Source: Octopus bimaculoides (Eukaryota). From it: a stretch of 64,000 bases of DNA. Both the position numbers and the translations under genes were made by a program. This document shows positions 28,216-40,049 of this stretch, in pieces; position 1 is the stretch's first letter; the number at the start of each line of letters is the position of its first letter. The DNA lies in contig NC_069001.1 in assembly GCF_001194135.2 (NCBI RefSeq), forward strand, positions 38,760,871 to 38,824,870. Reading direction: 5' to 3'. The notes beneath the pieces are model-generated. The model made no database searches and had not been told where the DNA came from. It was given only the letters and a program-made list of their open reading frames with translations.

Positions 28216-28684
28216 CCTCTCACCTGTATGTATATCTGTGTGAATTTTTTTGGTCGGAAATTTTCAATAGTTTTAGATCGTTTTTCAAATATTATCAAAA
28301 CCAAGAAGTTTTTGTATGAAAAAAAGTAAAACTTTTTTCATCCGGAAATCTAAACCCCGTTAACATCTGAATTATTTCTCATTCTAAGATGATTTAATAT
28401 AAAATTAGAAATAAAACGTAGCGTGTCGTACAATACGTCATGCGGTGTTTCTTCCGGTATTTTACGTTCTAAGTTCAAACCTCGCAGCAGACAACATGGC
28501 ATTTTATATCCCTAGAGGTCACTAAAATCAAGAACCAGTGAAAGATTGGTATCTCTGGAATCGACTTGACTCCTTGCCTCTAAATCCGCAGGCCTTGTGC
28601 CTAATTGGAAACAAGTGTTAAAAGGAATATCTAAATATCCACAATGTGACAGGGGCAGAAGCGGTCAAAGGCAAATATTTTGAC

Positions 28685-28686
<2 letters not shown>

Positions 28687-28740
<54 letters not shown>

Positions 28741-29070
28741 CGATAATAATAATAATAAATTCTTTTATTGGCCACAAGGGCTTACATAAAAACAACATGA
28801 AATGACAAAACGGGACGATACAAAGGGTTTTAAAGCGTGTAAAAAAAAAAAATTCAGCAAATAAAACTCCCAATAGGGGGAGGCGCTTTAAGGCTACTGG
28901 TGGAAAAGCCACGGGTGCCTGGTCAACAGGGCAATAACCCTTCTTTTATTTTTCACAGGCGCATGCTCAAAAGGGGTCCCTTCACACTGGCCATTTTTCC
29001 CACCTTTCAACAAATTAGTTAGAAGGCAACACTGCCCTCTCCACCCTCACTTTCCTCTTCAAGTAAAACC
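28687..29070 (-). mobile_element. Tx1-like LINE 3' end with (ATT)n tail
   Basis: Homologous to 6795-7140: (aat)n tail, ttcttttattggccacaagggc, and ...ccctcactttcctcttcaagt. Confidence 0.85.
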
Positions 29071-29089
29071 TGAAATAGAAATAATAATA

Positions 29090-29436
29090 TTTTCTACTAT
29101 AAGCACAAGGCCTGAAACTTTGGCGGGGGGGGGGGTCTAGTCGATTACATCGACCCCAATGCGTAACTGGTACTTATTTCATCCACCCCTAAAATATGAA
29201 AGGCAAAATCAACCTCAGCGGAATTTGAACTGAGAACATAAAGACGGACGAAAATGCCGCTAAGCATTTTGTCCGGCTCGCCACCTTAATTGGATTGATA
29301 ATAATCCTTTCTATTACAGGTACAATTTTGGGGAAGGTGATAACTCGTTTCTATCGATCTCAGTGCACAACTGCCACATATTTTAATCGACCTCAAAAGG
29401 ATGAAAAGTAGAGTCGACCCTGGCGGGATTCGAACT
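29090..29436 (-). mobile_element. Two adjacent SINE family A copies (29090-29285 and 29300-29436)
   Basis: Reverse complement matches to the family A head, central domain and tail. Confidence 0.8.
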
Positions 29437-29974
29437 GGCTTTGTAACTATGAGAAAATTAAATCTCATTATATACCGTATTTGGTGATGCAAAATATGCA
29501 CAGGGATACTAAATGAACCTCAATTTCAGCAGCGCTTATCCTGGAAAAAATTGTTTTCAATGCATCAAAGTATGTAATGCAGACCCAAGTTTGTGTATAG
29601 GACCAGGGGGCGATTTCTATGAAGTATTGTAAAAAAAAAGGGATTTTTTTGTTCTTATGGTTTTATTTCCGTTCACCTCGAAATATCTTTAACGAAAACT
29701 GAAAGATCTTGATATATAAAACCATTTGTTACCTCAACGTGGAATACGTTAGCCCTGCTTTGGACCCGTAAATGAAGACATCAACAGCCTTGAATTTTAG
29801 GGGAATGAGAAATAGTTTTAATTTCTGGCGTATTTATATTTCAAGAAAAAAAAAAAGAAACCCTTTGCATAGATAATCTCATACTTAGATCGGAGTACGT
29901 TCTTGGTAGAGCAGAGGTTTATGGATTTACGTCTTTAGGGACCAGCTACGGCAGCTATGAGGGTACAAAGATTG

Positions 29975-30375
29975 ACATATCTACACAACTATGCCCCCGA
30001 CTTTGTTTCCTCATAACTTTCAGAAAAATGCATATTTTTAGTGAAATGTTTTACAAATGCTTTTCAGATGGTGTAAATTATTTAAGAATTTAATGTAAAA
30101 AAGAAAAAAACATTAGTGGGCGCACACATATACTTATTTGCACTCTTCACATATCTATAAAAAAAAATTGGAAATTTTGAAAAGAATTATGAGATTTGTG
30201 TCATTATGTATGTGTGCGTGTCCAACAATTGTTTTTTTCACATTAAATTCCGATATAATCGGAATCTACACTATACACAAGGTATTTGAAAAAGAAAATT
30301 CATGAAAACTATTTCAATTTTTTCTGAAAGACATGAGGAAACAACACAATGAAACTTTCACGTGGATATATCTGC
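29975..30375. mobile_element. Old foldback/MITE-like element with long degenerate inverted arms
   Basis: 30005-30028 gtttcctcataactttcagaaaaa versus 30319-30342 tttttctgaaagacatgaggaaac is 22/24 as an inverted match. 30086-30102 is also inverted relative to ~30233-30250. Confidence 0.55.
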
Positions 30376-31525
30376 TACGTAGATAGGCAGACGACATCTC
30401 TTGGTGGAGTAGAGGTTTGGGGCTCCACCTCATTGGGTATGAGGAGACATACGATTAAGGGTTTTACTACAGAAGACAAGATTTTGCCGACCACATTGAC
30501 AGCGGTTCAGGAAAAAAAAATATATTGGCGGGCGGGGTTGGGGAAAAAATATTGGTGGGCGGGCGGGCGGAGTTGGGTAAAACAAATAGAAATGATATTT
30601 TAAGGAATAAATATCGACATCAAAGCAATATAAAAAATCTTATTTTAATCACTGGCCGTCCTAAAAATATAAGAAATATTAACACAGCGAAGCGCTAAAT
30701 AAAAGTAAAATATGGACGAGCCACAGACATGGGGATACGAACGAATACAAACCGAATAAGATGGAAGACGATCCCATCCTAATAAAAATCTAACAATGAG
30801 GGAGTTGAAGAAGGGACAAAAGATTTATTTAAACAGAGAATATGTCTAGAACGAATCCAAAATACGAATGGAAGAAAGCATTGTAAATTTAGAATTTGTG
30901 GAACACCAATTTCCTTCTCTCTGCTTTGTGTAAAAATCTTCCGTCAGTTACACACCCGCACAGAAATTAAATCTATAAGCGAAGCTAAACTGATAATTTG
31001 TTTAATCTATCAAGTAGGAGATACAGAGAAACGGTAGAGCGTCGGATAAAATGCATTGTGGTATTTAGTTACGAACCTTCACGTTCGGAGTTCAAATCCC
31101 ATCGAGCTCAAACTAGCTTAGGATTTAATTTGGTCAAATAAAGTTTTGGGTCGGTTTAATATTTCTGTAAATGGGATCATGATAAAATACTTAATATTTA
31201 TAATTGCTTAATTTGACTGGGAAGACGTTCCAGATATGACCACCATACTCATTATTCACAGTGTATTTCGTACATCATTATTCGATGTTTAAAGCCACTT
31301 AAACTATACTGCTGTTCAGCCCCAAGCCAGCTCTTTAGAAGCAAACCTATAATCAAAGCCGTCCCAACCATGGCCATCACATCTGTTATTCAGACAGTAT
31401 ATTTCGTACAATATTATTCAATTCATTACTTTTTAAGACAATAGGGAATTTTTAGCTGCTATTTCTAGCAAGTCTAACGACCATCCCTAAAAGAGCTGTT
31501 TGTTGTTGTTGTTTAACCCTAGGGC

Positions 31526-31830
31526 GGTACTACTAAAGCAGCACGGTCCCGAACGCGCAGTCGCGTGTCCGCGCCAGCCAGTCTTGAGTGGTCGATCCTA
31601 ACCCCAACCCTATCCGCAACCCTAACCCTAAACACGTATTCATTTGCACACGCGGGTTAGGGTTAGAGTTAGGGATAGGGTTAGGGTTAGGGTTAGGGTT
31701 AGGGACAGGGTTAGGGTTAGGGTTAGGGTTAGTGACAGGGTCAGGGCTAGGATCGACCACTCACGACTAGCTAGCCCGGACACGCGACTGCGCGACCGTG
31801 CGCTCGAGACCGTGCTGCTTCAGTAGTACC
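31526..31830. mobile_element. 305-bp foldback MITE with long TIRs, 9-bp TSD (CCCTAGGGC) and a head-to-head telomeric-repeat core; probably Mutator/MULE-type
   Basis: TSD at 31517-31525 and 31831-31839. Termini GGTACTACTAAAGCAGCACGGTC / GACCGTGCTGCTTCAGTAGTACC match 22/23, and the arms continue about 75-85 bp. The core is (CCCTAA)-like at ~31597-31631 and (TTAGGG)n at 31654-31751. Confidence 0.85.
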
Positions 31831-32657
31831 CCCTAGGGCAAGGCTGAACGAGCAGACCTTGTGAATCAAAGGCATTCCAACCGTAGCCATCTTGAAGTAG
31901 GGGGACTTTTAGCTGTTATTTCTTATAAGTCCAGCGGCCATATTAAGGCTCCCAGTTTGTTGCTGTTGTTTAACCCTAGGTCAAAGCAGAACGACCCTTG
32001 AAATCAAAAGCATAAAAGTATTCCAAACGTGACCATCCCGACTCGTTTTAGGTTATATACTCCACCAACATTATCTAAAATGTTCTTTCCTTATTTGAGA
32101 CAAAAGGACATGATACGAAGTAAATTTCGCTGCTATTTCTAGCAAGCGTACAAACCACCTCCAGGCACCTCCCATACTATTGGCGAAGTTATGTGAACAT
32201 TGCTTCATCATCTGGTACCTCGCAGCCATGTTAGCTTGTACATAGACATAAGACCACACATTTTCTGAGCCTGTTCGCCCTCTATCGCTTTCTTCCTGAA
32301 CATCACGGATTATTGTTATTAAATCTCTTTAATCATACTTCCTTATTTTATGCTAAAACCACGATATACAACGATTGTATTTTAATATCAAAAACTACAA
32401 TCCTTCTCCCTTCTTCATTATAACATTTCGTTTTCTTCAAAACAGACATGGTTTGTGTGTGTATGTGTGTGTGTGCGTGTCTAATGTGTGTTGTATGTAC
32501 ACCTAAGTACGTATAATTGTGTGTGTGTGTGTGTGTGTGTGTATGTCAGCTAAATATAATTTATCTATCCATCTATCTTATCAGTCTATCTGTCTTTCTG
32601 TCAGTCTCCTTGTTGGTCTATTTGTCTGTCTGTCTGCCTGCCTGTCAGTTTGCTTGT

Positions 32658-32713
<56 letters not shown>

Positions 32714-33132
32714 TTGTCTATCTGTCAGTCTGTCGATATCTCGAATTCCCCCCTCCCTCATAAACTAAAAAATAAGTTGCTGTTCTGAGTTTCGCGTTTC
32801 CGCTTTTCCCCACGATTCAGTTTTTAATTATTGGTGTTGATAGTATCATCATCGGGGATCATTCATTGTTAGAAATTACATGGTTTTTCTACTTATTACA
32901 CTCTTCTTTATGTAAACCTTCGCATCGTATTATCCTCCACTGACCCCCTATGTTTTTGTGAACTCTTAGCTGTGAATAAAGAAAGCGTTGTAATATCTCC
33001 ATTTCCATCGCCATTGTTGCAAATAAAGAAATAAAGATGATGATGATGATGATGATGGTGATAAGAAGAAAAGAGATTTTTTATCATCATCATTTTTATT
33101 ATTAACGCTACATTGTATGTATATACATCGAA

Positions 33133-33286
33133 AGCCGCTTATTATAATCACGGTCAACGTTACTAAACGATTATTGGTATCACAATTAGTAATTGGCAAA
33201 CACGCTCAGAATATTTGCTATATCCTGATGTCATTCGGCTATTTTTATCTAGACGGTTTCGTCTGAAATGATCACAATAAGCGGCT
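33133..33286. mobile_element. Small MITE (pogo/Tigger-like)
   Basis: 18-bp inverted ends agccgcttattataatca (33133-33150) and tgatcacaataagcggct (33269-33286), matching 16/18. Confidence 0.5.
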
Positions 33287-33323
33287 CCTAATATATACAC
33301 GCACGCACGCACACACACATACA

Positions 33324-33361
<38 letters not shown>

Positions 33362-35574
33362 TTACCCATGACGATACGAATTTCTTCCAGTTTTAGGATA
33401 CATTCTACTAAATTTAATATATTTGATATATATAAAGAAATTTTCCTTATATATAAAGAAATATATTTGATAAAGTTAAAGAAATCCATGGTAAAAAAGA
33501 GGACATCTTAACCGCAAATATTTCTACTTTTGTACGATTTAAAAATAATAATAATTAAAAAAAAAGACGGACAAAAGCTTATTTAAGCGAACCATAAGTA
33601 GTTCAGATTTTGAGTCTTCAAGGAGTGCGGCATATTTTACCACTTCGCTAGACATTTAGAAATAATAATTGCCAAACATAACTTGGATTCCACTCTTAAT
33701 AGTTAAAGAATACTGCAACTTATAATTTGTTTAATAAATCTACAACCAGCCAAAAACTTTAACCAAACTGAAGACCATATTATAACAAAATGATAAAAAA
33801 AAAAAAATCCCCATAAAAATATTTTCCCAGTAGATGTTAAAAATTCTTCAATCTAGTTTCTCTTTCCATCCTTTTGCAATCACAGAAAGAAAAAAAGACA
33901 AAAACAAACAAACAAAAAACAAAAAACAAAAAAACGAAAGGAATGCAATTATTGATTTGGCATTTATTATTGTTATTGTAATTTTTTTCTTGTTATTTCT
34001 TCTTGGTTAAATTATCTTAACAACGATGGCTTCAAAGTGTCGACTTGTTGGTTGTAACAAATTATATTTATATCCTAACATGAAAATCTCACAGGTTTAT
34101 TTAAAACCTTCAATGTTCCCACTTTTCGACTCCATTAAAAAATTTAAAACGAAGTGAGACTCTAATATTTCTATTATATTAAACCTATTTGCCGAATAAG
34201 TAAATATTAAAAATCTTTGTCTGTTCTAGCTATTTATATATGTCAATCAATCTTCTCCCTGTTCTCTATAATATATCTATCGGTCTATCTTTCACTTTTC
34301 CTGCTCTATATAGCCATCTTATCTACTTACTGCTCTCTGTCTCTATCTATCTACACATATACATATATATACTTTTAGGTTCTAATTGCTAATAAGCCAC
34401 CATTTTTAATGTTATATATGTATGTATATATATATATATATATATATAGATAGATAGATAGAGTGTGTGAGCGACAAGTACAAACAGACGAACGTATGCA
34501 TATATACATATATTTCAGATAATATACATATTTATACACATACGTACACGTTGCGCTCAATGCAACAATATCCATACGTTCTATCTACCTATCTATCTAA
34601 CTGCATCTTTCTATCTACTTACGTTCTTGCTGCTCTATATAACCACATATCTATCTCTACTTACCGCTCTATAGATCCCGCTATCGTTCTATCTTCTAAC
34701 TCTTCAATGTCGATCCACTTACTAATCTGTCTCTCTCTGCAATCCACACATCCATCTATCTTTATATTCATCTAGTCATTAACCTCCTAGAATTAAAATA
34801 TAGGTCGCCCCCGCCATGTCATATCTCTTTGGGAGGAGAATCTCTTTCCCCACTATTGGCGGTGAATCAATGGTGACTGGTATTTCACTCAACTGCTTGC
34901 AGCTAGCAACATACAATTAATTTCACTGATTTAGGTTCACGCCATTTATTTCTCTTGTATATTAAAAAAAAATTGTAACTGTTTTGGTCAGCTTTCTCTT
35001 CTGTTTCTTCCTAAAAATAAACGATGAAAGAAAAATATATGAATAATTAAAATTTAAAAAAAATTAATTCAAACAAAATGCTTTCAACTATTTTCAGTGG
35101 AAAGTCTGGTTTGGGCTTTTTCTTTCGACTTATCAGGCAATGTTTAAATTACCTGGGAAATAATTGAAAGTTGCTCTGAAATGATCAACAGAGATTTATG
35201 TGGACGAGAGAGGAGGAAAAGTTGACATTTTATAAAGTTTTATGTCTTTAAAAAATTTTCCAGCCTCCAAAAACACTCCACATATCCATTTGTTTCTCCT
35301 AATTAAATATGTACAGCAACGGAGGGGTGTAAAACAGTTACTGGAAAAGCCTGCTTATGCTCCCCTCCCCATTTTCCCTTAGTAACGAGTCGTCGTGGTA
35401 GTGGGGGAGGGAGAACACTTAGTTTAAGAGTTGCAGATATTTTTCTTTTGAAAAAAAATCACAAAAAAAACTGCGCAACCCATTCGGACAATTTTCAAGA
35501 ACCAAAACACAGTCGAAAGAATACAATAAGTGTTTAATTTAAATTGCTCGAGCAATCGTCTGCAGACAAGACAA

Positions 35575-35641
35575 TGCGAAAAGCGCGCGAAATTCGGGTG
35601 TAGAGGCTAGGGATGTTGGTGCATGCGCACTAATGTAGCAC
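35575..35641 (+). promoter_or_regulatory. CpG-rich promoter-like segment with E2F-like (GCGCGAAA) and NRF1-like (TGCATGCGCA) motifs
   Basis: gcgcgcgaaa at 35583-35592 and tgcatgcgca at 35620-35629, immediately upstream of an ATG and splice donor. Confidence 0.4.
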
Positions 35642-35674
35642 ATGATGGCTGCTTCGAAGAAAGAGGAAGATCAG
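35642..35674 (+). CDS. Candidate first coding exon (MMAASKKEEDQ, phase-0 donor); product unknown
   Basis: cacATGATGGCTGCTTCGAAGAAAGAGGAAGATCAG|gtaatg shows a good CAG|GTAA donor downstream of promoter-like motifs. No downstream exon could be linked. Confidence 0.3.
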
Positions 35675-36327
35675 GTAATGTGGACTTTTACAAATGTCTC
35701 GATTCACTTCCATCTGACCGTCTCCTTGTCTGCTTAATGCTGTACACTGGAGCAGATATTGAACCAGGAGACCAAAGAGATAGCCTGAAACACGGCCATA
35801 TTCTCACCTGGACACAAATACACTCGATGTTGTCTCTTATTTTGGAAGCAAGTTGTTCCATCTTACATTCGCTCTCTCTCTCTTATTGTGTCTCTCTCTC
35901 TTTCTCTCTCTATTTATTTATTTATCATGCCATGTTGGTCGAGTGCTGCTGGTCTCACTCACCTAGCACACCCTCTCTCTCTTCTCACACCTTTACTCAC
36001 ATCCTAGCATTCACTCCCTCTCTTTCACGTCTTTTACCCTATCTGTCTGTTCCCCCTTCTCTCTCTCTCAGTCTCTCTCTTTCTCTACCTAACACCCCTC
36101 TCTTCCTCTCTTGTATACATTCACCTCCCCTTCCTCCTCATACCGATGTGTTTATGTTATCTATCAGCTGTTTACTTCTCCAACAAACACCACCACCACC
36201 ACCACCACCAATAAACTTGACAGGGAGTCGTTTCCATCAAGTTCCTCGTGGTCCCGTTCACTATTGTACCTGTGTTATATATAGCAGTCAAATCACCCTT
36301 ACTACACATGCGATCATCTTCAATGTA

Positions 36328-36920
36328 GGACACAAAAATGTAGTCCTAGTTACACGATGACAATAATTGACGGGATGGTCATAATTCAGATACCTGTGAT
36401 CACAGTGCTGCTGGATCGCGACATATCCTGGGCCAAACAACGATGACATGGAGGGACACATGAGATAATATAGTCCTAGATCGTCTATGTTTCAATAAAA
36501 GGCAAGCTGGTCATGTTTGGATTGCCATTGATCATAGAGCCACCGGCTCAGGACTGACCTAGGATTAAACAAGAAAAGACACGTTAGATGATACGCTACG
36601 TTGGAATAAAAGACCGGATGGTCGTGGGTGGATCTTCGGTGACAGGTCTGTTGGATCCAGATTAACTTGGGACTAAACAACAGCAGCAAAGAAGGACACA
36701 CTAGCTAGTGTAGTCCTAGATACACTATGTTTGAATAAAAGGCGAGCTGGCCACGACTGGAACATGGTTACATAGATGTGCTGGATCGAGACTGACCTGG
36801 CTAAAATGGATGGACACATTCGATGATAGAGTCCTACATATATATAATGTCTAAGTAAAAACGTGATGGTCACTATTGGAGCATCTTTGATCATAGGTCT
36901 GTTCTGGGGCTAAACAACAT
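36328..36920 (+). repeat. Tandem array of five ~117-126 bp diverged units derived from the 3' half of dispersed repeat family D
   Basis: Unit starts ((g/a)gacac) at ~36328, 36454, 36577, 36694 and 36812. Each unit has a variant of tagtcctaga (reduced in unit 3), aataaaa..gatggtc/gctgg(t/c)c, and cctggg.ctaaacaac. Confidence 0.8.
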
Positions 36921-38679
36921 CAGAGAGCTTTTGCTCCTGTCTCTCAACCTGCTAGAAATAGCAGCGAAATGTCTTTCAAATCATATCTTATTTATAACAG
37001 CGCCCTGGGTTGCTTTTTTTTGTGTGTTCGAATCCGACTTGTGAAGATCCTAAAGAAAGCCCATCGACGGAAATTATTAGGAACCAGATGTCATAGGTAG
37101 TGTATTGGATCCCTGGTTGAACGCCTCTACATCACCGTTACCTCTACCCCCAACTCTGATGTTCTGTTTAGGGTTGTGGCTAATGTTAGATATATTAACA
37201 ACCACAACACCACTACTACCAATACACTGCCACCACTATCACACAACCACCACCACTACAAATACATTACTGCCACCATTACCACACCACCTCTACCCAT
37301 ACCATACTGTATATTGTATTACACCATTGCTACTACCACCACCACCGCCCTCTAATATTTTATTGCCATGGTTTAAGTTTCTGAGTTTTTCTTGAAATTT
37401 ATTTCTGTTGTGTGTAAGTTTATTGTGTAGAGGGCATCTGTCGGTTTTTAGTGGGCCATGGGTTGTATTTTTTATGTTGCCTTGTGGGATATGTATTTTA
37501 AACCCCACCTAAATTACAACACTAGCAGTAAGACGAAACAGTGACACACACACACCTCCGCCACAGGATCAGATTAATGTATCGACCACAATGCAATATC
37601 GATCAAACCTGAACCCTTCTCATCCCCTAATCTTTGAAAATCAGCCATTAAAAAAAAAAAAATTTAATCCCATTCACAAAAGTTATGAATACAAAACAAA
37701 GAATATGTATTGCCCATCTCAACCGTATAATTTTGGTGCATTCCTGCCAATAGAGAAATCTAGAAAGTCCAAAGCTTGTGTGTGTGTGTGAAAATCCCAA
37801 ATGTACACCCAAAACACCTGAAGGAATTGCCAAACCCATTAACATTTAAGGGTACTTGAGCCGAAACTGTCTTATTCCCAGAATCTAGATCAGCCATGGG
37901 CTGCAGGACTTTCTCAATGGTACATCTAAACAAAAAAAAAAATTACCTTGGTTTTTTTTACTAATGTGGCCTGCTTCATGAGTGAGCCAGCTGTGTCTCA
38001 TGTGGCCCACATCTTGGGAAAGATTTCCCATCCTTGATCTGAATACTGGACTAAATTCTAACAATTCTCAAAGCCGAATGCAGTAACATCTACCGAGCCA
38101 TTCACCCTTCTATGTTGTCAGCATACCAATATTCTAGAATGGCCAGTCTTTGATCTTTCTTAACCCATACATTTCCCGATCTAAATCATGATATGGATTC
38201 AGGCCACTCATTCTTCACTTAACAGTCACACTCTCTCACAAACCAACACACACACACAGACACTACAAGATGGCTTCAGCTAGAACAACACCACCACCAC
38301 CTCCTGCATCTACCATTCTAACTATCTTGGACATCATGAAATCTTTAAACTTCATTTTTCTTTGCTATCCACTTTTACACAAAACATTGACTACTAAATT
38401 ACTTGTCAACCCTCCACCCCACCCCCATCCTGGGGTTTCCAGAAACTTGCTGCATCCTGAATAGAGTACCAGAGGGATCCATTTTCACACACTCTATTAC
38501 CTGTGTACCAAGATCACCTTCCTATGTTTCCATGAATATATACACAGCCCTTCCCCCCTCTCCTCCATTGCTCATGTTGGTGGCTGATATCACAACTCAT
38601 CCCTTGATCTGCCATTCTCCAGAAACTGCAACACAACTTATTCACTTATTCTGACCCTGCTGTAATTCCTGAGAAATGT

Positions 38680-38880
38680 GGCGAGCTGGTTGAATCGTTA
38701 GCACACGTTACGTTCTGAGTTCAAATTCCGCTGAGGTCGACTTTGCCTTTCATCCTTTCGGGGTCGATAAATTAAGTACCAGTTGTGTACTGGGGTCGAT
38801 GTAATCAACTTAATTCCTTTGTCTGTGCTTGTTTGTCCCCTTTATGTTTAGGCCCTTGTGGGCAATAAAGAAATAAAAAA
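38680..38880 (+). mobile_element. SINE family A copy with Tx1-LINE-type 3' tail
   Basis: Family A head and centre, followed by ...cctttgtctgtgcttgtttgtcccctttatgtttaggcccttgtgggcaataaagaaataaaaa. Confidence 0.85.
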
Positions 38881-40049
38881 CGCTTTCTCCATAACAACAG
38901 ACTTGGAGCAGCACCAATCAGACCTACTGTCCCCCTGTTTTAGCAGCAACAACAGAAGGCATTGGCTACAACCAATCATCATACAAAACAACACACACAA
39001 ACATTAGCAGTTCCTTAATATACACAACATTCACAGTAGATGACAATAAAGAAAACCCAAATGATGTACAAATTTATGGCCATTGCTGGTACCATATTTG
39101 GTCAAGAGAAAGCAATGGTGTATACACCACAAACTTCTATTACAGCCAGCTGGGCCCACAAAGCACTTCCTAATACACCACAACAGGTTGTGACCACTTC
39201 CACAACAAAAATTAAAAAAATATTCTCCTCCCCCCCCCATCTCTTTGGACATATGAAAGACACANNNNNNNNNNNNNNNNNNNNNNNNNNNNNNNNNNNN
39301 NNNNNNNNNNNNNNNNNNNNNNNNNNNNNNNNNNNNNNNNNNNNNNNNNNNNNNNNNNNNNNNNNNNNNNNNNNNNNNNNNNNNNNNNNNNNNNNNNNNN
39401 NNNNNNNNNNNNNNNNNNNNNNNNNNNNNNNNNNNNNNNNNNNNNNNNNNNNNNNNNNNNNNNNNNNNNNNNNNNNNNNNNNNNNNNNNNNNNNNNNNNN
39501 NNNNATATATATACACGTGTATGTGTGCATGGTTTTGATTCTCAGACTGGCTGCCTGTTGTGTTTTTGAGCAAAGCACTTCATTTCACATTCTTCACGGG
39601 GAATATTGGCCTGATCACCAGGATAGTGCAGAGGCATCATTCGAAAACTAAAACAATGTGAACTGCATTGTGCCAGCAATGTATAACAACTTTTGATAGT
39701 CTGGTTGATACCGTGATACACATAGACACACACATACACACGACACTCCAAAACCTAATTTTCCTACACACACACACAATACATAAGTGAGGATTTGGTT
39801 GGGTGGTAAGAAGTTTGCTTCCCAACTACATAATTTCAGGTTCATTTCCACTACGTGACACCTTGGGCAAGTATCTTCTGCTCTAGCTTTGAACTGACCA
39901 AAGCCATGTGAGTAGATTTGGGTAGAAAGAAGCCCAGGGTTTTATATAGTGTGTGTTTGTGTGTTTATATTACTGTCTCCTTGGCTTGACTTTGCTTGAT
40001 AAGTGTCAGCATTGTGCTAGCAGTATCTTTCATTTCCAATCTTCATTGA

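Noticed and set aside
31654-31751. Telomere or chromosome-fusion site
   Set aside because: The TTAGGG tract is short and enclosed by TIRs and a TSD. Its orientation (CCCTAA then TTAGGG) is opposite to an end-to-end fusion, so it is better explained as part of a transposon.
36328-36920. CRISPR-like repeat-spacer array
   Set aside because: The units are homologous along their whole length, highly diverged, and match a dispersed eukaryotic repeat. There are no cas genes.
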